Assembly (NCBI GenBank): GCA_004557655.1
Contig: SFGJ01000003.1
Location: forward strand, 18,421-82,420
Length of the DNA: 64,000 bases
From: Clostridiales bacterium
GTDB lineage: Bacteria > Bacillota > Clostridia > Oscillospirales > Oscillospiraceae
Direction of reading: 5' to 3'
The notes below the pieces were generated by a model. That model was not told the origin of the DNA and made no database searches. It saw nothing but the letters and a program-made list of their open reading frames with translations. This document shows positions 9,569-18,438 of the stretch, one piece after another. Numbering within the stretch: position 1 is the stretch's first letter; each line of letters opens with the position of its first letter. The position numbers were made by a program, and so were the translations under genes.

Positions 9569-9832
9569 TTGCCGAATATCAAGTCTGCTAAGAAGCGTGT
9601 TCTGGTGTCCGAGGCTCGTAATGCCCGCAATAAGGCCGAGCGCTCCGCACTGAAGACCGCTATCAAAAAGTTCGAGGCTGCTGCCGTTGAAGGCAATCGC
9701 ACCGAAGCCGAGGGCGCTTACAAGGTTGCAGTGAAGAGCATCGACAAGGCTTCCGCAAAGGGCCTGCTGCACAAGAATAACGCAGCTCACAAGAAGAGCG
9801 CTCTGACTCTGAAGCTCAATAGCATTGGCTGA
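9569..9832 (+). CDS. rpsT: 30S ribosomal protein S20
   Basis: PNIKSAKKRV N-terminus typical of S20; TTG start 6 nt after GGGGAGGTG. Confidence 0.9.
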   Translation: MPNIKSAKKRVLVSEARNARNKAERSALKTAIKKFEAAAVEGNRTEAEGAYKVAVKSIDKASAKGLLHKNNAAHKKSALTLKLNSIG

Positions 9833-9843
9833 TAAACCAAACT

Positions 9844-9874
9844 AAGAGGACGCCTGCGGGTGTCCTCTTTTTTT
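9844..9874 (+). terminator. rpsT Rho-independent terminator
   Basis: AAGAGGACGC-CTGC-GGGTGTCCTCTT followed by TTTTT. Confidence 0.8.
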
Positions 9875-9924
9875 GCTTGCATATATTTTTCCCTTGACTC
9901 CCGGCGAAAATCGTGATACGCTTA

Positions 9925-10095
9925 CTCCATTACAGGCGATGATGGGCGTGGCGGCCCGGAGCCGCGGGAGGAAATGCCCGCCGGTTGGCACCGTTACAGC
10001 CATAGAGTGCGGGAAAAACCCGAATTCAGGTGGAACCACGGACTATGCTTTTAGTTCGCCCTGAGCTGCGTCGGCAGTTCGGGGCGCTTTTTGTT
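9925..10095 (+). promoter_or_regulatory. T-box leader (glycine specifier) of glyQS
   Basis: GCGATGATGGG stem I start; GGC followed by A at 9987-9990 in specifier position. T-box sequence AATTCAGGTGGAACCACGG at 10023-10041; terminator hairpin plus CTTTTTGTTTT at 10057-10095. Confidence 0.8.
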
Positions 10096-10134
10096 TTACT
10101 GAGCTGAAAATTCATCATATAAAGGAGAATCACT

Positions 10135-11556
10135 ATGAAAAACACTGACAAGACCATGGACAAGATCGTTGCCCTGTGCAAAAACCGCGGCTTCATCTTT
10201 GCCGGCTCCGAGATCTACGGTGGTCTGGCCAACACCTGGGACTACGGTCCTCTGGGCGTGGAGCTGAAGAACAATGTGAAGAAGGCCTGGTGGAAAAAGT
10301 TCGTCCAGGAGAACCCCTACAACGTGGGGCAGGATGCCGCCATTTTGATGAATCCCCAGACCTGGGTGGCCAGCGGCCATCTGGCGGGCTTCTCCGATCC
10401 TCTCATGGATTGCAAGGAGTGCAAGGAGCGCTTCCGGGCGGACAAGCTCATTGAGGACTGGTGCGCCGAAAACGGTGTGGCGCTGCCTAAGCCCATCGAC
10501 GCATTCTCCCAGCAGGAGATGAAGGACTTCGTGGAGGAGAAGAACATCCCCTGCCCCTCCTGCGGCAAGCATAACTTCACCGACATCCGTCAGTTTAACC
10601 TCATGTTCAAGACCTTCCAGGGAGTCACCGAGGATGCCAAGAACACCGTGTACCTGCGGCCCGAGACCGCCCAGGGTATCTTCACCAACTTCGTCAATAC
10701 CCAGCGCACCACCCGGCGCAAGCTGCCCTTCGGCGTGTGCCAGATCGGTAAGTCCTTCCGCAACGAGATCACCCCGGGCAACTTCATTTTCCGTGTCCGT
10801 GAGTTCGAGCAAATGGAGCTGGAGTTCTTCTGCAAGCCCGGCACCGACCTGGAGTGGTTCAATTACTGGCGCACCTTCTGCCACAACTGGCTGCTGGGCA
10901 TCGGTCTCAAGGACGAAAACCTGCGTCTGCGTGACCACGATCCCGAGGAGCTGTGCTTCTACTCCAAGGCCACCACGGACTTTGAGTTCCTGTTCCCCTT
11001 CGGCTGGGGTGAGCTGTGGGGCGTGGCTGACCGCACCGACTACGACCTGACCCAGCACCAGAACACCTCCGGCAAGGACCTGACCTACTTTGATCCTGAG
11101 ACCAACCAGCGCTACATTCCCTATGTGGTGGAGCCGTCTCTGGGCGTGGAGCGCAGCGTGCTGGCGGTGCTGTGTGACGCTTATGACGAGGAAGTGGTGG
11201 ACGAGAGCAAGAACGATGTGCGCGTGGTGCTGCATCTGCATCCCGCCCTGGCCCCCTACAAGGCGGCCATCCTGCCCCTGAGCAAGAAGCTCTCCGAGCC
11301 GGCCATGAAGATCTACGAGGAGCTGGCAAAGGAATGGATGATCGACTTCGACGAGACCGGCTCCATCGGCAAGCGCTATCGCCGGGAGGACGAAATCGGC
11401 ACGCCCTTCTGCATCACCGTGGACTTTGACACCGTGGGCGACGCTGAAAAGGCCGGCGACAACTGCGTCACCGTTCGCGAGCGCGACAGCATGGAGCAGG
11501 TCAGAATCCCCATCAGCGAGCTGAAGGCATATCTCACCGAGAAGCTGGCCTACTAA
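10135..11556 (+). CDS. glyQS: Glycine--tRNA ligase (homodimeric GlyQS type)
   Basis: 473 aa; N-terminus [37 protein letters not shown] is typical of class II GlyRS. Confidence 0.95.
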   Translation: MKNTDKTMDKIVALCKNRGFIFAGSEIYGGLANTWDYGPLGVELKNNVKKAWWKKFVQENPYNVGQDAAILMNPQTWVASGHLAGFSDPLMDCKECKERFRADKLIEDWCAENGVALPKPIDAFSQQEMKDFVEEKNIPCPSCGKHNFTDIRQFNLMFKTFQGVTEDAKNTVYLRPETAQGIFTNFVNTQRTTRRKLPFGVCQIGKSFRNEITPGNFIFRVREFEQMELEFFCKPGTDLEWFNYWRTFCHNWLLGIGLKDENLRLRDHDPEELCFYSKATTDFEFLFPFGWGELWGVADRTDYDLTQHQNTSGKDLTYFDPETNQRYIPYVVEPSLGVERSVLAVLCDAYDEEVVDESKNDVRVVLHLHPALAPYKAAILPLSKKLSEPAMKIYEELAKEWMIDFDETGSIGKRYRREDEIGTPFCITVDFDTVGDAEKAGDNCVTVRERDSMEQVRIPISELKAYLTEKLAY

Positions 11557-11559
11557 GCC

Positions 11560-11682
11560 ATGAAAATGAAAAAGCAACTGGCCGCAGGCGGCGCCCTGCT
11601 GGTCATGACCGCTGCCGCCTGCGTGAAGCTGGCCAAATGGGCAGGCAGGAAGATCGACCAACGACAACAGAAAAAGAAGTGA
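11560..11682 (+). CDS. Possible 40-aa small membrane protein (MKMKKQLAAGGALLVMTAAACVKLAKWAGRKIDQRQQKKK)
   Basis: ORF starts 4 nt after the glyQS stop, has a hydrophobic core with basic tail, and ends just before the terminator. No clear RBS. Confidence 0.3.
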   Translation: MKMKKQLAAGGALLVMTAAACVKLAKWAGRKIDQRQQKKK

Positions 11683-11694
11683 TTTTAAGCACAA

Positions 11695-11730
11695 GGGGGG
11701 GACAGGCATTGCCTGTTCCCCCCTGATTTT
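11695..11730 (+). terminator. glyQS-region Rho-independent terminator
   Basis: GGGGGGGACAGGCA-TT-GCCTGTTCCCCCC followed by TGATTTT; lies between convergent glyQS and noc. Confidence 0.75.
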
Positions 11731-12545
11731 CACGCCGTCCTCCCCCCCTTGGGGATCCGTATGGTCAGCAAAATTTCGTCCTCCGTATCCTGGCGTCCGC
11801 AGGCGGCATTGACTCCCGCCGAACGCATGAGACTCAGTGACCTGTCCAGACTGTTGAGAAACAGCCGCACATCCTTGAGGATGAAGGTGGGCCGCCGCCG
11901 GGGCGGTGTGGTCCGGATCGCGCGCAGCAGCGATTCTATGTATTCCTCCGTCTGTGCCACATTCATGCGCCGGGCAATGATGGTCTTGGCTGCCGCGATC
12001 TGTTCCTCCTGGTCCGTAAGCCGCAGCAGCGCCCGGGCGTGACGCTCCGACAGATCCCCCTGCCGCAGAAGCTCCACCACCGGCGGCGGCAGGCGCAGAA
12101 GCCGCAGCTTGTTGGCCACGGCGGATTGGGATTTGCCCAGCCTGCGGGCCGCCTCCTCCTGGCTCAGGCCCCACCGCTGCACAAGCTGGGCGATGGCCGC
12201 CGCCTCCTCCATGTAGTTCAGATCCCGCCGCTGGAGGTTTTCCATGAGGGCCAGCAGGGCTGAGTCCTCCTCCCCTACCTGGGCGATGAGGCACGGCAGC
12301 TCCTTTAGTCCCGCCATTTTGGCGGCACGGAAGCGCCGCTCCCCGGCCACCAGCTCGTACTCTTTGCCCCGGGTGCGCACGGTGGCGGGCTGCAAAATGC
12401 CGTACTGCCGGATGCTGTCTGTCAGCTCCTTAAGCCCCTCCGGGTCAAAATCACGGCGGGGCTGATGAGGATTGGGTACGATGCGCTCCAGAGGTATGTA
12501 CCGCACCCGGCTCGAAAGAAAATCACTTTTGAGTGTATTTTTCAT
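11730..12545 (-). CDS. noc: Nucleoid occlusion protein-like ParB-family DNA-binding protein
   Basis: ParB box (LVAGERRFRAAKMAG), HTH (GKSQSAVANKLRLLRLP), and C-terminal LTIRIPK motif shared with Bacillus Noc. ATG 12545, 6 nt after AAGGAGGTG. Confidence 0.8.
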   Translation of the reverse strand: MKNTLKSDFLSSRVRYIPLERIVPNPHQPRRDFDPEGLKELTDSIRQYGILQPATVRTRGKEYELVAGERRFRAAKMAGLKELPCLIAQVGEEDSALLALMENLQRRDLNYMEEAAAIAQLVQRWGLSQEEAARRLGKSQSAVANKLRLLRLPPPVVELLRQGDLSERHARALLRLTDQEEQIAAAKTIIARRMNVAQTEEYIESLLRAIRTTPPRRRPTFILKDVRLFLNSLDRSLSLMRSAGVNAACGRQDTEDEILLTIRIPKGGRTA

Positions 12546-12627
12546 GTAAAACACCTCCTTTTTCCCAAATATAGCAGAAGAAGGCGAAAAAAAAGAGGGA
12601 AATTCGTCGGGAAATCAAATTATGATT

Positions 12628-12658
12628 GCAAAAAAGCACCCCCGCAGGGGTGCTTTTT
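12628..12658. terminator. prmA terminator (bidirectional hairpin)
   Basis: GCACCCC-CGCA-GGGGTGC flanked by an A-run and a T-run. Confidence 0.7.
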
Positions 12659-12669
12659 CTTGCCGTTCT

Positions 12670-13602
12670 TTACCGGCACAGGAAGCTGAACCAGCCCTCG
12701 CTTTGGCAGGTTTCCACGATGTCCCAGCCGTCCCGGCGCAGATGCTCCGCCACCTCACCGACCCGGTCGTCGATGATGCCGGAGCAGAGGAAGCATCCCC
12801 CCTCCTTCAAAAAGGGCCGCACCTGCGGGGAAATGCCCAGGATGACATCCGCCACGATGTTGGCCACCACCATGTCGTACTCGCCGCCGAATTCCTTCTG
12901 CAAGGCGTGATCCGTGACCACATTGCCCCAGCGGACGGTGTAGCGGTCCCTGCCGATACCGTTGATGGCGGCGTTTTCGTAGGCCACATCCACGCACTTG
13001 TCGTCAATGTCGCAGGCAAAGGCCTCCCTCGCCCCCAGCAACAGAGCGGCAATGGATAAGATCCCGCTGCCGCAGCCCAGATCCAGCACCCGCTCACCGC
13101 CGTGGATATGCCCATCCAGCGTCTGCAGGCACAGTCTCGTGGTAGCATGGCTCCCGGTGCCGAAGGTCAACCCCGGATTCAGCCGCAGCTCCACCCGGTG
13201 GGTGCTGCCGGCCTCCTCCCACTCCGGGATTACCAGCAGCCGCTCGCCGATCTCCATGGGCTTATAAAACTGCTTCCAGTTGTTCTCCCAGTCGGCGTCC
13301 GCCACGGCAGCATGGGTAAGCCTCGCCTCCGGCAGGGCAGAGAGCATCTCCTCCACGGAACGAAGACACTTTTTTCCATCGCCGTCATCCGGCAGATAGA
13401 AGGTCACCCGGCAAAGCCCCTTCTTCTCCCGCAAAAGTTCGTCGTCCACATAGTCCCAGTATTGATGGTTATTTTCCAAAAAATCTTTAAAATCCGCCTC
13501 GTCGTCAATGACCAGGCCTTCGATCCCCATATCCTCCAAACGGCCGCACAGGTCGTCCAGTCCTCCGGAGCAGGTATCAATGCGCGCCTCGATCCAGTTC
13601 AT
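12670..13602 (-). CDS. prmA: Ribosomal protein L11 methyltransferase
   Basis: MNWIEARI N-terminus, FGTGSHATT and SAM motif VLDLGCGSGILS. ATGA overlap with the degV-like stop. Confidence 0.9.
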   Translation of the reverse strand: MNWIEARIDTCSGGLDDLCGRLEDMGIEGLVIDDEADFKDFLENNHQYWDYVDDELLREKKGLCRVTFYLPDDGDGKKCLRSVEEMLSALPEARLTHAAVADADWENNWKQFYKPMEIGERLLVIPEWEEAGSTHRVELRLNPGLTFGTGSHATTRLCLQTLDGHIHGGERVLDLGCGSGILSIAALLLGAREAFACDIDDKCVDVAYENAAINGIGRDRYTVRWGNVVTDHALQKEFGGEYDMVVANIVADVILGISPQVRPFLKEGGCFLCSGIIDDRVGEVAEHLRRDGWDIVETCQSEGWFSFLCR

Positions 13603-14471
13603 CGCTTGGTACCTATAAAGAAGATGCCCATGGTATTCGGTCCGGTGTGGCTGCCGATAACGGGGCCGATGTAGTTGATATGTACCGTTTTGGTGCCGAA
13701 GCGGTCCTTGATCTGCCGGGCCACCGCACGGGCTTCCTCCTCGCAGTCGGCGTGGCATATGAACATGGTCTGCTCCTCGGGGCGGATGGCCAGGCGCTCA
13801 ATGGAATCCAGCAGCGCCTTGAGAGCAGCCTTGCGGCCCCGGGCCTTGCCCACCGGCACCAGCTTACCTTCATCGGAGGTATGCATGATGGGCTTGATGG
13901 AGAGCATGGTGCCCACAAAGGCGGTGGTGGCGCTGACCCGGCCGCCCCGCTTGAGGAAGTTCAGGTCATCCACGGTGAACCAGTGGCAAATACTTAGCCG
14001 ATTCTCCTCCACCCACGCAGCCAGCTCTGCGGCAGAGAGCCCCGCCCTCTTCTGCTGGGCTGCCAGATACAGCAGCAAACCTTCCCCCAGAGAGGCGCTG
14101 AGAGAATCCACCACGTGTATTTCCGCCTCAGGAAACTCCGACCGCAGGTCGTTGGCGGCAATTACGGCGGACTGGTAGGTAGTGGACAGCGCCGAGGAAA
14201 AGCACACGCATACGATGTCCTTTCCTCTTTCCAGCACCTTGCGCATGGCATCCTGGAACTGGCCCACGTTCGCCGCGGAAGTGGTGGCCAGCTTGCCCGC
14301 GCGGATGCGCTTATAAAACTCCTCGTTGGAAATGGCGGTGCCCGCCAGATCATTGGGATAATCCTGCCCATCCATGTGCATGGTCAGGGGCAGAACTTCC
14401 AGCTCCAACTCACGGGCCATGCTGTCTGTCAGGTCACAGCAGCTGTCTGTCATCAAAACATAGTCACGCAT
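13599..14471 (-). CDS. DegV-family fatty-acid-binding protein
   Basis: Typical DegV N-terminus (VLMTDSCCDL) and length; ATG 14471, 6 nt after AAGGAGG. Confidence 0.85.
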   Translation of the reverse strand: MRDYVLMTDSCCDLTDSMARELELEVLPLTMHMDGQDYPNDLAGTAISNEEFYKRIRAGKLATTSAANVGQFQDAMRKVLERGKDIVCVCFSSALSTTYQSAVIAANDLRSEFPEAEIHVVDSLSASLGEGLLLYLAAQQKRAGLSAAELAAWVEENRLSICHWFTVDDLNFLKRGGRVSATTAFVGTMLSIKPIMHTSDEGKLVPVGKARGRKAALKALLDSIERLAIRPEEQTMFICHADCEEEARAVARQIKDRFGTKTVHINYIGPVIGSHTGPNTMGIFFIGTKR

Positions 14472-14566
14472 AGTATGCCTCCTTACTGATTCGGGTGTTG
14501 GTGTTGTTCGTTGCATAAAACGGTATCGAGCCGCCGGGCAACCGCCGGCCCCTTGAAAGTTTATCC

Positions 14567-15943
14567 TTATTTCCCCACGCAGAAGCGGGAGAAGATCGTG
14601 GCCACCAGATCCTCCCGGATGCGCCTGCCTGTCAGCTCGCCCAGAGCCTCCAGGGCTGTTTCGGCGTCGGTGAGGATGGCGTCCGGAGTCAGCTTCGCCT
14701 CCATGGCTGACAGCGCCTGCTCCACAGACCCCAAGGCCCGCTCCACGGCATCCGCCTGGCGGCTGTTGGTCAGCAGCGCCCCGCCGATACCCGCCGTTTC
14801 GGGGTAGAGTTCCTTCACAATGCCGCCCAGAGCGTCCACGCCCTCGCCCGTGCGGGCGCAGACATGGCAGATATGCCCGAACCGACCCGAAAGTCCGGAG
14901 ATTTCCGCCCGCCGGGGCAGGTCGCTCTTGTTCACCACCAGTATCCTATGCTCCGCCAGCTCCGACAGAGCGAAGATCCGCTCCTCCTCCCCGGTGAGAG
15001 GTGCAGAGCCGTCCAGCACCACCAAGGCAAGCTGTGCCTGCTCTGCCGCCGCCACGGCCCGGTCCACGCCAATCTTCTCCACGCTGTCCCGGGTGGTCCG
15101 TATGCCCGCCGTGTCACACAGCCGCAGCACCTGTCCACCTAAGCACGCCTTCTCCTCCACGGTGTCCCGGGTGGTGCCTGCCACCTCGGTGACGATGGCT
15201 CGGTCATAGCCCAGCAAGGCGTTGAGCAGAGAAGATTTGCCCGCATTGGGCAGGCCCAGCAGCACCGTGGGGATACCCTGCTTCATGATCCGCCCCCGGC
15301 GGAAGGTATCCAGCAAGCGTCTCAATTCTCCGCGGCAGCACTCCAAAGTATCCCGGATCTGACGCTCCTCCAACGGCTCGATGTCCTCATCGGGATAGTC
15401 CACCGCCGCATAAAACCGGGAGGTGATATCCATAAGCCCGTCATATACCCGCTCCACCCCCCGGCTCATGGCGCCGGAGAGCTGCAAAGCGGCGTTTTGG
15501 GCACACGCGGCGGTCTCTGCGTCGATGAGATCTGCCACCGCCTCCGCCTGGATGAGGTCCATCCGTCCGCTGAGGAAGGCCCGCTGGGTAAACTCGCCCC
15601 CTCTGGCCTGCCGCGCGCCCCCGGCGAAGGCACAGCGCAGGACTTCGTCCAGCACCACCGCCGACCCGTGGCAATGTAGCTCTGCCGCCCACTCGCCGGT
15701 GTAGCTGCTCTCCGGAGCAAAAATCACGCACAGCCCGTCGTCGATGACCGCGCCCTCCGCCGTGCGCATACGCCCATAGACCATCCTCCGGGGCGTCTGC
15801 CCGGCGGCGGGCCTGCCGTTTTGCGCGGCAAAGACCCGATCCACCACCCGCAGGGTCTCCGGCCCGGAAACGCGCACGATGCCGATGGCGGCAGGTGCCC
15901 GGGCGGTGGCAATGGCGGCAATGGTATCAGTCATGGCGTTCAC
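14567..15943 (-). CDS. mnmE: tRNA modification GTPase MnmE
   Basis: DTIAAIAT N-terminus, G-domain GLPNAGKSSLLN / DTAGIR / NKSD, C-terminal CVGK. Start is GTG 15943 or ATG 15934. Confidence 0.93.
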   Translation of the reverse strand: MNAMTDTIAAIATARAPAAIGIVRVSGPETLRVVDRVFAAQNGRPAAGQTPRRMVYGRMRTAEGAVIDDGLCVIFAPESSYTGEWAAELHCHGSAVVLDEVLRCAFAGGARQARGGEFTQRAFLSGRMDLIQAEAVADLIDAETAACAQNAALQLSGAMSRGVERVYDGLMDITSRFYAAVDYPDEDIEPLEERQIRDTLECCRGELRRLLDTFRRGRIMKQGIPTVLLGLPNAGKSSLLNALLGYDRAIVTEVAGTTRDTVEEKACLGGQVLRLCDTAGIRTTRDSVEKIGVDRAVAAAEQAQLALVVLDGSAPLTGEEERIFALSELAEHRILVVNKSDLPRRAEISGLSGRFGHICHVCARTGEGVDALGGIVKELYPETAGIGGALLTNSRQADAVERALGSVEQALSAMEAKLTPDAILTDAETALEALGELTGRRIREDLVATIFSRFCVGK

Positions 15944-16031
15944 ATACTCCTTTGAAGTACATTATTTATTATAGCATATTAGATAGCCCGTGTATAGAGA
16001 AAAATGCGCTCTGGGCGCACTTTCTCCTCTG

Positions 16032-17024
16032 TCAGCGCATCGCGCGCTTGAGCTTGCGGATGTCCTCACCGTAGAAGGGCAGGACCGTATACTCCCCCTG
16101 CAGTCGGGACCAGATGGCCGCCCCATAGCGGCTGCTGATCTGCACCGGGGTGAGATTGGTACTGATGATGGTGCTTTTTCCGGTGATGAGCCGCCCGTTC
16201 ACAAGCTGATACAGGGCGCTCTGGACGAAGCTGGTGGCCATCTCCGTGCCCAGATCGTCCAGGATCAGCAGGTCGCAGCTTTCAAACCGCCGCACGTCCA
16301 TAGCTGCGTCCGGCTCCTCGTCGGCGTGGAATTTCGCTGCCTCGCACCTGGCGAACACATGGCCGGCGGTGTCATACACCACGGAAAAGCCGTCCTCGCT
16401 GACCACCCGGGCGACGCACGCGGAGAGAAAGGTCTTCCCCAGACCCGGATCACCGAAAAGCAGAAGATTCTTCGTACTTTTGCCGAAGTCAGCGGCAAAG
16501 GCCTGACACACCGCCAGGTTCCGTTCCATATTCTCCCGGGGGCTGCGGCTTTGCTCTCCCTGCTTTGTGTCATACCACCCCAGATCAAAGGTGTCAAAGC
16601 TCTGGCTGCCCACATCCAGCAGACTGCTGAGGTTCTTGATCTGCTCCTGGGCATAGAATTTCTGCAGGCAGGCGCACATTTTGCCGCCGCAGTAGCCGGT
16701 GTCGCCGCAGAGGACGCACCGGGGCTTGTCCTCCAACGCGTCGGCGGCGTATCCATGGGCGGTGAGCAGCTGCGCGCGCTCCTGCTGCAGCAGGGCGTTC
16801 TCCGCGCGGATGCGTGCAAGTGCCGGGGCGGGGTCCTCGCCGTGTCGCAGGGCCTCGGACAAAATACGGGACATGGTGCCCCGCAGCTCCCTCTCAATTT
16901 CCTCCAACCGGGGAATCTCCCGGTAGATCCTCAATCGGCGGGCCGCCGCCTGAGACGCCCTGCGCTGCTTGTCCTCCTCAAACCTCTGCAGCGCCGCGCT
17001 CATCACCTTGCCGTCATACGCCAT
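16032..17024 (-). CDS. DnaC/DnaI-like replicative helicase loader ATPase
   Basis: Cys-rich CVLCGDTGYCGGKMCAC segment, then AAA+ Walker A GDPGLGKTF and Walker B LLILDDLG. Confidence 0.8.
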   Translation of the reverse strand: MAYDGKVMSAALQRFEEDKQRRASQAAARRLRIYREIPRLEEIERELRGTMSRILSEALRHGEDPAPALARIRAENALLQQERAQLLTAHGYAADALEDKPRCVLCGDTGYCGGKMCACLQKFYAQEQIKNLSSLLDVGSQSFDTFDLGWYDTKQGEQSRSPRENMERNLAVCQAFAADFGKSTKNLLLFGDPGLGKTFLSACVARVVSEDGFSVVYDTAGHVFARCEAAKFHADEEPDAAMDVRRFESCDLLILDDLGTEMATSFVQSALYQLVNGRLITGKSTIISTNLTPVQISSRYGAAIWSRLQGEYTVLPFYGEDIRKLKRAMR

Positions 17025-17036
17025 CTCTCTGCCCCC

Positions 17037-17927
17037 TTACCACTTCAAATATTCCTCGATGATCTGTTTTTTGCTCTGGGCGGATGGGTCGGGCCGCTTC
17101 TTCTCCTCCTGAACATCCCGGAGCTTCCGCAGGCCCTCCTTATCCCACCGGCGCAGGATGCCGTTTAAGTACCGCCAGTCCATGCCCTGTTTTTTCAGCA
17201 CGGTTTTCTCGTAGGCCAGGGCCACCATCTCCGGGGAAAAGCCCCAGTCCATCCACTGGGCTATGTATTTCTCCTCCGCCTCCACCGGGCGGCGGTCGCC
17301 CATGTGCAGGGCGGCCATGTACTGGGCCGACTGCTCCCGCCGCCGGGCCATGGTGCGCAGATACCGGGCGGCAGCTTCCTGATCAAATAGGCCCCGCCGT
17401 GCCCAGTAGTATCCCTCTTTTTCAATGGCGGCCACCGTGGGCCTGCGGCCCTGGCCGTACCGCCGCTCCGTCTCCTCCACGCTGTGTCTGACCAGCAGGA
17501 AGATCACATCCGCCGGCAGGCCCACCTCGTGCCGCAGGTTCGCCAGCCGCTTTATATCCATGGTAGTGAGTTTTTTGCCCAGGGAGCGCTCCGTCTCCTC
17601 CACCAGCATCCCAAACTCCGGGTCCCGGAGCATTTCCACCAGCTCCGCAGCGGTGTACTCCCCCTGCCGCTGGGCCGGCTCCGGTATGGGCAGGCTCTGG
17701 GCCTGAATAAGCCCCATATTCTCCAGCTTGCTCTGGGCCGCCTGCAAGCGCAGGGCGCTCATGGACAGATCCTCCATCAGCCGCTCCGGCGTCACGGCAT
17801 CCGACCTGCGCATGAGGTACAGATATAAAAGGACCGCGTCCCCGTCCGCCGTCTGCAGAAGCTGGTCCACCTGCCCCACGGGCAGCACCAGCGTCTCTTC
17901 CCGTTCCCGGATGATATAGCCGGCCAT
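17037..17927 (-). CDS. DnaD-domain replication initiation protein (DnaB_2/DnaD family)
   Basis: Two DnaD-like repeats (GLPADVIFLLV; WMDWGFSPEMVALAYE..YLNGILRRW). ATG 17927 behind AAGGAGGTG; directly upstream of the loader ATPase. Confidence 0.75.
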   Translation of the reverse strand: MAGYIIREREETLVLPVGQVDQLLQTADGDAVLLYLYLMRRSDAVTPERLMEDLSMSALRLQAAQSKLENMGLIQAQSLPIPEPAQRQGEYTAAELVEMLRDPEFGMLVEETERSLGKKLTTMDIKRLANLRHEVGLPADVIFLLVRHSVEETERRYGQGRRPTVAAIEKEGYYWARRGLFDQEAAARYLRTMARRREQSAQYMAALHMGDRRPVEAEEKYIAQWMDWGFSPEMVALAYEKTVLKKQGMDWRYLNGILRRWDKEGLRKLRDVQEEKKRPDPSAQSKKQIIEEYLKW

Positions 17928-18115
17928 GCGCACACCTCCTTGCCGCTGATTCAAAGCTATTTTACACGAAAACAGCTTTTTCGTAAAGTCGTCCGGTTGT
18001 AATTTTGTGAATTTTTTGCTTTCGGACAGAAAACACTTTCACAGACGGAAAAATGTGCTATAATTAAGATGATTTAGTATGCGGAAAATTTTTTCAGAGG
18101 GAACAGGAGGCAGCT

Positions 18116-18433
18116 ATGGCAAATCGCATTACAGTGAGCATCTGCGGGGAGGAATACACCCTGGTAGCCGAGGAAAGCACCGCCTACATGGAGCAAGTGG
18201 CTTCTTTGGTAGACAAGAAGATGAGCGAAGTCATTACCGGCGCCAAGGTGGGCCGTAATGACGCCGCCGTTCTGGCCGCCGTGAATCTGGCAGACGAACT
18301 GCTCAAGAGCGAGCAGGCAGCGGAGAATCTGCGCCGTCAGGTCAAGAATTATCTGGACGAGGCCACCCAGGCCAGAAACGAAGTCTCCGAGCTGAAGCGT
18401 CAGCTTTTCAAGGCCCAGCAGGGCAGAAAGTAA
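18116..18433 (+). CDS. zapA: Cell division protein ZapA
   Basis: 105 aa; N-terminal ITVSICGEEYTLVAEES and C-terminal coiled coil. Confidence 0.85.
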   Translation: MANRITVSICGEEYTLVAEESTAYMEQVASLVDKKMSEVITGAKVGRNDAAVLAAVNLADELLKSEQAAENLRRQVKNYLDEATQARNEVSELKRQLFKAQQGRK

Positions 18434-18438
18434 GGTCT

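Noticed and set aside
16032-17927. The DnaD-domain and DnaC-like ATPase pair as a prophage or ICE replication module.
   Set aside because: No integrase, recombinase, repressor, structural gene or flanking att-like repeats are present. GC content and codon style match the neighbours, and the pair is embedded in a housekeeping string. It is more likely the chromosomal helicase-loading pair. Phylogeny could still overturn this.
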